Below are positions 56,677-64,000 of a DNA stretch of 64,000 nucleotides, in pieces (position 1 is the stretch's first letter; every line of letters begins with the position of its first letter). The DNA comes from Verrucomicrobiota bacterium. Its GTDB lineage: Bacteria; Verrucomicrobiota; Verrucomicrobiia; Verrucomicrobiales; DEV007. The position numbers and the translations under genes are program-made. Below the pieces are notes generated by a model, which saw only the letters and a list, made by a program, of their open reading frames with translations, did no database searches and was not told the origin of the DNA. Where the stretch lies: the NCBI GenBank assembly GCA_045046875.1, contig JASFYY010000048.1:1-64000 (forward strand). The letters run 5' to 3'.

Positions 56677-58149
56677 ATGGGCACGAAATCACGTAAGAAT
56701 AGAAAAAAGAGCAAACAACAGTCCTCCACAGCCTTAAAATGGCTGCTCGTTACCTGTGGTTTGTTGGCTGTCGTTGTTTTTATCGGTGTTTTTGTGATCA
56801 AAAATTTCGCAATCAACTTTCTCAAAAGTGATTCCTTTCGTGATTATATAATCACCGCAACGGAAGAAAAGTTGCACGCAGATATTGAGCTACAACAACT
56901 GCGCTGGGAAGGCTCCACCGTTTACGCCGATACTTGGCGCGCGCAAGGCCATGCGAATGCCGCCTTTTCTAAAATAGAAATGGACGGCATGCGTGCCACT
57001 CTCGACGGGGTGGAGGACGCGGCCTTACAGATTCCCGAGATCCGCATCAATCAAGTTTCCCTGGAGTTTTCCAAACAAAAACGAGCAAACGACCCCTCAA
57101 CTGAAGTCAAAGCACCAAGCCGCGACACAAAAACAAGCTCCTCCCCCATTCCCTCCTGGTTGAAAAACTGGGTCCCCAACAGAGTCGAAACCGGTGTGAT
57201 TCACGTCGGGGCCACCAACCTGACCTTTCGAGATGAACAAGGAACCCAACAACTCGCCCTCACTTCTGTGGAAACTCAATCCAAGCCAATGAGCAGTCCC
57301 GGTTCCTGGGAGATCCAAGCGCGCAATGGTCAACTCTCATTAGCCAACTTCCCCACCCTCTCCATCCGCAAGTTTGAAACCCGCTGGAACCACAATGACA
57401 TTTTCATCAACCAGGCTGAACTCGTTTTTTATGACAGCGCTGAAATCAGCGGCAGTGGCGACATTCTGCTTGGCTCCCGCCCTGAGTTGAACCTCGATTT
57501 GAAACTCAGCAATCTCGACACAGCAAACCTGCTCTCCGCCGATTGGAAGAAAAAAATCACCGGCACTCTTCACGGAGATTTCACCATCAAGGGCGAACCA
57601 GGCAAAAGAAGCAGTCTTATCAGTAAAGGTAAACTCCAGTTGAAAAACGGAGTCATTGAAGGACTGCCCATGCTCGAACTGATCGCCACTTACACCAAGA
57701 TGCAACGGTTCAAACGCCTCGCGCTGCATCAAGCCAGTGCTGATTTTGTGAAAAAAGGCGACCGTATCGAGATCAGCAAGCTGATCCTGCAATCCGATGG
57801 CCTCACCCGCTTAGAAGGATCTTTCACCCTCGTAAACCGCCAAATCAGTAATGGTAAATTTCGTCTAGGTGTGACACCCGGCACCTTGCGCTGGATCCCC
57901 GGTGCCGAACAAAAAGTGTTCACCCAGGCTCAAGACGGATTTTTATGGACCCCACTGGTGATCAGCGGCAGCCTTGACCAACCTAAAGAAGATCTCACCG
58001 CCAGACTCACCGGTGCCGCGATCGAAACCCTGGTCAACGACGCTCCCGCTCAAGCCACCGATGCCGCCAAAAAAATACTTAGCAACCCTTCGGGCGCAAT
58101 TGACACAGGAAAAAAACTGATCGACTCATTGATCCCGCTGCTGAAATAA
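56677..58149 (+). CDS. AsmA-like protein
   Basis: N-terminal TM anchor, long beta-rich body, PLVISGSLDQP near the C-terminus. Confidence 0.6.
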   Translation: MGTKSRKNRKKSKQQSSTALKWLLVTCGLLAVVVFIGVFVIKNFAINFLKSDSFRDYIITATEEKLHADIELQQLRWEGSTVYADTWRAQGHANAAFSKIEMDGMRATLDGVEDAALQIPEIRINQVSLEFSKQKRANDPSTEVKAPSRDTKTSSSPIPSWLKNWVPNRVETGVIHVGATNLTFRDEQGTQQLALTSVETQSKPMSSPGSWEIQARNGQLSLANFPTLSIRKFETRWNHNDIFINQAELVFYDSAEISGSGDILLGSRPELNLDLKLSNLDTANLLSADWKKKITGTLHGDFTIKGEPGKRSSLISKGKLQLKNGVIEGLPMLELIATYTKMQRFKRLALHQASADFVKKGDRIEISKLILQSDGLTRLEGSFTLVNRQISNGKFRLGVTPGTLRWIPGAEQKVFTQAQDGFLWTPLVISGSLDQPKEDLTARLTGAAIETLVNDAPAQATDAAKKILSNPSGAIDTGKKLIDSLIPLLK

Positions 58150-58177
58150 TTCGTAGCCCCCACCAAGCCTGCCCGTC

Positions 58178-59491
58178 ATGATGTTTGAACACATTTTCAG
58201 AGGATTCATCGGAGTCACGATCCTGATCACCCTCTGCTTTTTGTTAAGCAGTGGACGCAAACAAATCAACTGGCGACTGGTCACTAACGGTTTGTTACTG
58301 CAGCTCACTCTCGCCGTCCTGATTCTCAAAGTGCCCGGCTTCGAATCCTTCATCGGTTGGGTTTCGTCACTCTTTCTGGTGCTCATCGAATTCACCGAAG
58401 CCGGATCCCGCGTCGTATTTGGCGATCTGCTGGACGTCCGCCACTACGGCATCGCCTTCAAATTACTGCCCACCATCATTTTTGTATCCGCGCTGACTTC
58501 GGCGCTCTACTACCTCGGCATTCTGCAACGCGTGGTGATGGTTTTTGCCTGGATCATGAAACGACTGATGCATCTGTCCGGCGCCGAAAGCCTCGCCACA
58601 GCAGCCAATGTGTTTGTCGGTCAAACCGAAGCTCCTCTGTTGATCAAACCTTACATCGCCGGCATGACCCGCTCCGAAATCATGGCCCTGATGACCGGTG
58701 GCATGGCCACCATCGCCGGCAGTGTGTTTGCCCTCTATGTCGGCATCCTCGGCGGAGATGATCCAGTCGCCCAACAACGTTTTGCCAAACTGCTGCTCAC
58801 CGCTTCGATGATCAATGCGCCCGCCGCCCTGTTGGTGGCAAAAATCATGCTTCCTGAAACGGGCAAGGTGAATACGCGGATGGAAATCTCCCGCGAGCAA
58901 CTGGGCAGCAATCTGCTCGACGCCATAGCCAGTGGCACCACCCAGGGTGCCAAACTCGCCATCAACGTAGCAGCTATGCTGATCGTCTTCATCGCCATGA
59001 TCGCCATGGTGAATTATTTTCTCGGTTGGGTAGGGAATCTGGTTTTTATCGGCAGCGACGCGCAGGTCGGCCTGGTCGATTCCTGGATTCAACAATTGAG
59101 CGATGGCACTTTCAAACACCTATCGCTGCAAGCCCTTGTAGGTTTTCTCTTTGCTCCACTCGCCTGGGCGATCGGCGTGAGCGGCGGCGACACCTTGCAA
59201 GTCGGCCAACTGCTCGGCATCAAAACCGTCACCAACGAATTCATCGCCTACCAACAGATGGGCGAACTCATGAGCACTGGCAGTCTCAGCGGAAAAACCA
59301 TCTTTGTCACCACCTTCGCGCTGTGCGGATTTGCCAACTTCGGCTCAGTCGGCATCCAACTCGCCGGCATCGGAGGCCTGGCCCCCGAACAACGCCCCAC
59401 CCTGGTCGCACTCGGCATCAAAGCCATGATCGGTGGCACCATCGCCAGCCTGTTAACCGCCAGCATCGCCGGCATGTTTTATTCCCAATAA
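58178..59491 (+). CDS. nupC: Concentrative nucleoside transporter (NupC/CNT family)
   Basis: LPTIIF, FVGQTEAPL, GGMATIAGSV, NEFIAY, FALCGFANFGS. Confidence 0.93.
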   Translation: MMFEHIFRGFIGVTILITLCFLLSSGRKQINWRLVTNGLLLQLTLAVLILKVPGFESFIGWVSSLFLVLIEFTEAGSRVVFGDLLDVRHYGIAFKLLPTIIFVSALTSALYYLGILQRVVMVFAWIMKRLMHLSGAESLATAANVFVGQTEAPLLIKPYIAGMTRSEIMALMTGGMATIAGSVFALYVGILGGDDPVAQQRFAKLLLTASMINAPAALLVAKIMLPETGKVNTRMEISREQLGSNLLDAIASGTTQGAKLAINVAAMLIVFIAMIAMVNYFLGWVGNLVFIGSDAQVGLVDSWIQQLSDGTFKHLSLQALVGFLFAPLAWAIGVSGGDTLQVGQLLGIKTVTNEFIAYQQMGELMSTGSLSGKTIFVTTFALCGFANFGSVGIQLAGIGGLAPEQRPTLVALGIKAMIGGTIASLLTASIAGMFYSQ

Positions 59492-59498
59492 AAACAAG

Positions 59499-60047
59499 TT
59501 ACTGTTTTTTTGGATTGATCCGCAATTTATTGCTCTGGCCACGCCCTCTTTCCTCAGCCCAAACCCGGTGAATATGTTTATAGATTCGATCAAGGATCTC
59601 CACTGCCTCCACTCGGAATTCCGCCGTGCGGGCATGGGTCGTGGTTGGGTAATGTTTGATCACCTGGGTCCAGACTTCATCGGTTCCGGTTCGGCTGGTC
59701 ACGCCCTCGGCGACACTTTTTAGCCGGTCAATCGCATTTTTCCCCAAGGCCAGCGGAGAGCCTTCGCCCACCGCTTCAATAAAATAAAACCTCGCCGTCT
59801 GGGAGCCCGTGGTATCAACCGTCACCTCGTACACCCGAGCCGCGCCATCGACAACATACTGGTGCTGACTGACCGAGCTGATTGTATCCAATCGAGCAAG
59901 AAAACGTCCGCCTGGCAATTCAATTTCCCAAAAACCTTTGATGCCCGCATCTCCACCATTGTTTGCCTGGGCCGCCAGATTCCCCGTGCTAACAAAAAAC
60001 AAGGCTAATAAAATCAGGCAAATCGTTGGAAGTTTAGTTTTCATCAT
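59499..60047 (-). CDS. Secreted hypothetical protein
   Basis: MMKTKLPTICLILLALFF signal; globular body. Confidence 0.7.
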   Translation of the reverse strand: MMKTKLPTICLILLALFFVSTGNLAAQANNGGDAGIKGFWEIELPGGRFLARLDTISSVSQHQYVVDGAARVYEVTVDTTGSQTARFYFIEAVGEGSPLALGKNAIDRLKSVAEGVTSRTGTDEVWTQVIKHYPTTTHARTAEFRVEAVEILDRIYKHIHRVWAEERGRGQSNKLRINPKKQ

Positions 60048-60157
60048 ATTCAGGTGTCGTGGGGTTGATATAAGTTTGAGATCAAGCCAATATCCACCTA
60101 GCTTGCCCATTCCCCTAGCCTTTTTTTAAATCGCTCGAATTTTTCTAGCAAACAAAC

Positions 60158-60610
60158 ATGACATCCAAAGCTTACCGTCCCAACGTCGCTGCCATCCTAC
60201 AGAAAAGCGATGGCAAAATCCTGATCTGCCAGCGCGCCGATTTCCCCGACTGCTGGCAGTTCCCCCAGGGCGGCATCGATGAGGGCGAAATCGCTCTGCA
60301 AGCCCTGCACCGTGAGCTTGAAGAAGAAACCGGTTTGCAAATTTCGCACTACGAAGTGCTCGATAGCCATGATGGTTATCGTTATGATTTCCCCGCAGGC
60401 TCTCCACTTAAAAAAGGATTCATCGGACAAGAGCAAACTTATTACCTCTGTCGTTTCACCGGCCAGAACAGTGACATCGACCTCAACACTCACAACATCG
60501 AGTTCACCCATTTCCGCTGGATCAATCCCAACGAATTTCAAGCCGACTGGCTACCCGATTTCAAACAAAAGGTCGTCCTGCAAGCGATGAAAGATCTGCT
60601 CAAGATTTAA
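60158..60610 (+). CDS. Nudix hydrolase, RppH-like
   Basis: YRPNV, WQFPQGGIDEGE...RELEEETG, GQEQ. Confidence 0.88.
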   Translation: MTSKAYRPNVAAILQKSDGKILICQRADFPDCWQFPQGGIDEGEIALQALHRELEEETGLQISHYEVLDSHDGYRYDFPAGSPLKKGFIGQEQTYYLCRFTGQNSDIDLNTHNIEFTHFRWINPNEFQADWLPDFKQKVVLQAMKDLLKI

Positions 60611-60873
60611 TCTCGTTTAAACAGGCGATAAAAAGCAATCGCAAGCACTGCTACGCAAGTCCCTTTCCACAGCAACAACCACCAAGGCCGCCACCACGCC
60701 CCCGTTTGCACTTCGACCAGATCACTGATCCCGAAGGCAAAAAAGGCCATCGCGAAAACCAGAAATAATCCATGCTGATCCGCCTTCCCCTTAAAAATAC
60801 AAAAGGCAAAAAAAACCGCCATCCCCATCCACAAAACCGCCTCAGCGTAATTGAACCAAAGAAATATCTGCAT
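60607..60873 (-). CDS. Small membrane protein
   Basis: Three hydrophobic helices; FGISDLVEVQTGAWWRPWWLLLWK. Confidence 0.7.
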   Translation of the reverse strand: MQIFLWFNYAEAVLWMGMAVFFAFCIFKGKADQHGLFLVFAMAFFAFGISDLVEVQTGAWWRPWWLLLWKGTCVAVLAIAFYRLFKRD

Positions 60874-60942
60874 CCTCCCTACTCTCCCCATTCGCGTCCA
60901 TTTTGACCATCGAAATCTTGGCGCAGTTGCTTCGCAGCCCCC

Positions 60943-61884
60943 TTAATTCCCAATCCCCAGCTCCCCCAACCACTGCGCACAAATCTCCGGCCATTTGGCC
61001 ACCCGGTCATCGGTCTTTTTCATCCCAAACCCATGCCCGCCCTTGGCAAAAATATGCAATTCGGTCGGCACCCCGGCTCGCTTGAGGGCAATATACAAAT
61101 GCGCACTGCCTTCCCCCCAGGCTTTGTCATTATGGGCCGCCACTAAAAAAACCGGTGGGGTGTTTTTATTCACCGCGATACCGCTCGCCAGTTTATCAGG
61201 ATTTTTTTCATCCTGAATGTAGGCCGCATAAACCAGCACCGCAAAATCAGGCCGACTGCTGACCGAATCGATTTCCGCATCCTGAGGATATGTGCGTGGC
61301 TTATCATACTGAGACAAAACCATTGTCGCCAAATGCCCGCCAGCCGAAAAACCAAGAATGCCAATTTTTTTGGGATCGATCCCCCACTCTCCAGCTCGTT
61401 TGCGCACCAGACTCATCGCTCGCTGTGCGTCCTGCAGCGGTGCCTGGCTTTTATCCAAACCCTTTCGCCGCGGCACCCGGTATTTTAACAACACCGCAGT
61501 GATACCCAGTTGATTCAACCACTTACAAACCTCAGTGCCTTCATGGGACATCGCCAGAATATTGTAACCACCTCCGGGACAGACCAAAACCGCCGCACCA
61601 CTGTTCTCAATCCCTTTCCCAGGACGGTAAAGTGTGATGGTCGCTTGGGTCACATTGGTCAGCCTCACCAAGCCGTCTCCCCGTTCAATCGTTTTTTCAG
61701 CAGCCACATCACCCTTCTCACCCGGCACCTCACCCGCCCAAAGCGGAATCGGCTCTCCTACCACCGAGCTCGGATCGGCAGTCAAATCACCAGCCGCAAG
61801 AAAAGTCACGGCCAGCAAAGCCGCCATTTGAAAGTTCAAGCGGCGCTTCAGCGTCGGGCAAATAAGGGGAGTCATTAGTTTCAT
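60943..61884 (-). CDS. Alpha/beta hydrolase (carbohydrate esterase-like)
   Basis: CPGGGY, GFSAGGH nucleophile elbow, GGHGFG. Confidence 0.88.
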   Translation of the reverse strand: MKLMTPLICPTLKRRLNFQMAALLAVTFLAAGDLTADPSSVVGEPIPLWAGEVPGEKGDVAAEKTIERGDGLVRLTNVTQATITLYRPGKGIENSGAAVLVCPGGGYNILAMSHEGTEVCKWLNQLGITAVLLKYRVPRRKGLDKSQAPLQDAQRAMSLVRKRAGEWGIDPKKIGILGFSAGGHLATMVLSQYDKPRTYPQDAEIDSVSSRPDFAVLVYAAYIQDEKNPDKLASGIAVNKNTPPVFLVAAHNDKAWGEGSAHLYIALKRAGVPTELHIFAKGGHGFGMKKTDDRVAKWPEICAQWLGELGIGN

Positions 61885-62106
61885 CGTTATAATAAGAAGA
61901 TCAGCAAAACCTCGCAGATTGTGTAGTTTTAAAAACTATTATAATTCATCGACAAATAAACCAAGGATAAAACGCTTTTAAAAGTAGAAATCAACGAACA
62001 AAACCTGAGCAAAAATCGTCCAAATATCAGAAGTAACACATCGACAAGGCTTCCCCTTTTTTGATAATATCCAAATAATAAGAGCAGCCTAGATAAAGCA
62101 CGGCGA

Positions 62107-63147
62107 ATGACAGCCAATAAACACGCCCCCTTCACTCGAGAAACCGAACGCCGCACCAGGCGCTGGTTTCCGTGGAATCTACTGCGACCTGGCCGGGGTA
62201 CTGCCAAATTCTCCCGCAAACCCACTGCCGAGTCCGCTCCCAAGCAAATACGCATCGGCTTGGCTTTATCCTCCGGCGGCGCCAAAGGTCTTGCTCACGT
62301 CGGGGTTATACAAGTGCTCGAAGAAAATGACATCCACATCGACGCCATTGCCGGGTGCAGCATGGGCGCTTATGTAGGATCGTTATGGGCGGCTGGTTTT
62401 AACGGGCAACAAATGGCTAAACTAGCAGCGGAGTTGGACACCAATCGCGACATGCTCAAACTGGTCGACCCGATCTTCCCTCCCCGCCGCGGTTTCATTC
62501 ACGGTGACAAGCTCGAAGACTGGCTGGCTCGCTCGCTCAAAGACGCCAGCTTCGACCAATTAGAAAAACCGCTCTACGTGGTCGCCACCGAACTCGACGG
62601 TTTTGCCCGTAAGGTTTTTCATCAGGGAGACGTGGTCTCAGCCGTGCGCGCCAGCCTGTCGATCCCCGGCATCTTGGAACCGGCAGTGCGTGATGGGGTG
62701 GAATATGTCGACGGTGGTGTCTCCGATCCCTTACCCGTCGACGTGTTGAAAGATCACGGTATCGATGCCGTTATCGCCGTGAATGTCATCCCCTCGATTG
62801 AAGATTTAAAAAACTGCCGTCTCAAAGCGCAGTTGATCCAAAAAAACAAACGTTGGTGGCAGCACCCCGCCTCCTGGCTCAATCAGAAACTCAACTATTT
62901 TGCCAAAGGCAACCTGCTCGACATCCTGCGCGGAGCGGCCATGGGTTCACAGATTCGCCTACTCGAAGAATGTTCCAAACGCGCCGACGTATTGCTGCGT
63001 CCCATCGTCTGCGATTCGAGTTGGCACAACTACACCAATTACGAAGAATACATTCAAACCGGTCGTGAAATCGCCACAGCCAAACTACCGGAAATCAAAG
63101 CCCTGATCGCGGCCTGCGATCAGGCTAAAACGCTAAACGCCCAATGA
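62107..63147 (+). CDS. Patatin-like phospholipase
   Basis: LSSGGAKGLAHVG, GCSMG, ASLSIPG, VDGG. Confidence 0.92.
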   Translation: MTANKHAPFTRETERRTRRWFPWNLLRPGRGTAKFSRKPTAESAPKQIRIGLALSSGGAKGLAHVGVIQVLEENDIHIDAIAGCSMGAYVGSLWAAGFNGQQMAKLAAELDTNRDMLKLVDPIFPPRRGFIHGDKLEDWLARSLKDASFDQLEKPLYVVATELDGFARKVFHQGDVVSAVRASLSIPGILEPAVRDGVEYVDGGVSDPLPVDVLKDHGIDAVIAVNVIPSIEDLKNCRLKAQLIQKNKRWWQHPASWLNQKLNYFAKGNLLDILRGAAMGSQIRLLEECSKRADVLLRPIVCDSSWHNYTNYEEYIQTGREIATAKLPEIKALIAACDQAKTLNAQ

Positions 63148-64000
63148 GCACCTTGTCAGCCAGACATCCATTGCGAAAAAACTGGGATCAACTGGATTCG
63201 GCTACCCTGCGCGAGTTGCAACTGAAACAGCTGCGGCATTTCCTCAAACAAACCGTCTTACCCTTCTCCAAACACTACCGCGAGCTTTTCCACCAACACG
63301 GCCTGAGTCCCGATGACCTGCAATCTTGGAATGATCTCACCAAGATTCCTTTCACCTCAAAGAAGGATCTACTGACTTCCCCCGAGCACCCCGACCGAAA
63401 CAAGGACTTCGTCATCGTTCCCGATGAAGCTCTGCTCAAACGTCGCCCGGCCACTATTTTCCGAGCCCTTACCCGCGGTGCAGCGAACGCAAAAGCCAGC
63501 CTCGAACAAGAATACCGCCCCATCATGATGACCAGCACCACCGGTCGATCCAGCGAACCTGTGCCGTTTTTCTACACTCATCACGACATCGAGAATCTCA
63601 AGCTCACCGGTCGCCGCTTGATGGAGATCTGCGAGTCGCAGCCGGACTTCCGTCACATCAACATGTTCCCCTTTGCCCCGCACCTGGCTTTTTGGCAGGC
63701 CCACTACGCAGGCACCGGTTTTAATACCTTCTGCATCAGCACCGGAGGCGGCAAGGTGATGGGCACCTCGGGCAATGTGATGCTGTTGGGCAAAATCAAA
63801 CCCGATGCGCTGATCGGCATGCCCACTTTTATCTATCACGTCCTGACCGAGGCGATCAGCGAAGGCGTGCGCTGCGACAGTCTCAAGCGTTTTGTGCTCG
63901 GTGGCGAAAAAGTTCCCAATGGCATGAGACGCAAACTGCGCGCGCTCGCGGCTAAACTGGGATCCGACAATGTCGAAGTGATGGCCACCTACGCCTTCAC
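63144..64000 (+). CDS. Phenylacetate-CoA ligase (PaaK)-like AMP-binding protein, 3'-partial
   Basis: Manual translation from ATG 63144: LRELQLKQLR, IPFTSKKDL, TSTTGRSSEP, GMPTFIYH, LGGEK, ATY; open to the window end. Confidence 0.75.
   Translation, partial: MSTLSARHPLRKNWDQLDSATLRELQLKQLRHFLKQTVLPFSKHYRELFHQHGLSPDDLQSWNDLTKIPFTSKKDLLTSPEHPDRNKDFVIVPDEALLKRRPATIFRALTRGAANAKASLEQEYRPIMMTSTTGRSSEPVPFFYTHHDIENLKLTGRRLMEICESQPDFRHINMFPFAPHLAFWQAHYAGTGFNTFCISTGGGKVMGTSGNVMLLGKIKPDALIGMPTFIYHVLTEAISEGVRCDSLKRFVLGGEKVPNGMRRKLRALAAKLGSDNVEVMATYAF

Overview
Bacterial chromosomal window, most likely from a member of the Verrucomicrobiota. This is inferred from PVC-type gene families (DUF1552/DUF1592 pair, Cys-type sulfatases, prepilin-like cassettes, PQQ-like propellers, DUF5069). 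About 50 CDS were found; no rRNA, tRNA or CRISPR array was seen. The standout locus is 1-13.5 kb. A compact 2-aminoethylphosphonate (AEP) pathway (pepM-ppd-aepZ) with no cytidylyltransferase sits directly behind a gene for a tubulin-tyrosine-ligase-like (TTL/TTLL) ATP-grasp enzyme. It is flanked by genes for proteins with extreme acidic tracts. One is a divergent secreted (DDDN)n-repeat protein that the ORF track misses. The other is a PilX-like protein ending in GGGGGGGLGDGDDEDDSDDDDD, part of a pseudopilin cassette whose first gene shares a 26-aa motif with the (DDDN)n protein. The leading hypothesis is an undescribed system that amide-links AEP to acidic protein tails; the alternative is an AEP phosphonopeptide. 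The rest of the window holds cytochrome/DHOR genes, GalM, two sulfatases, GdhA, a TonB-dependent uptake operon with a Fur-box-like site, a ferredoxin and a DUF116-polyprenyl synthase separated by two TPR genes, MetY, FbaA, Ppk1, a decayed RAYT-like transposase with nested REP-like repeats, and transport/housekeeping genes. All family calls come from motif recognition by eye, not from database searches.
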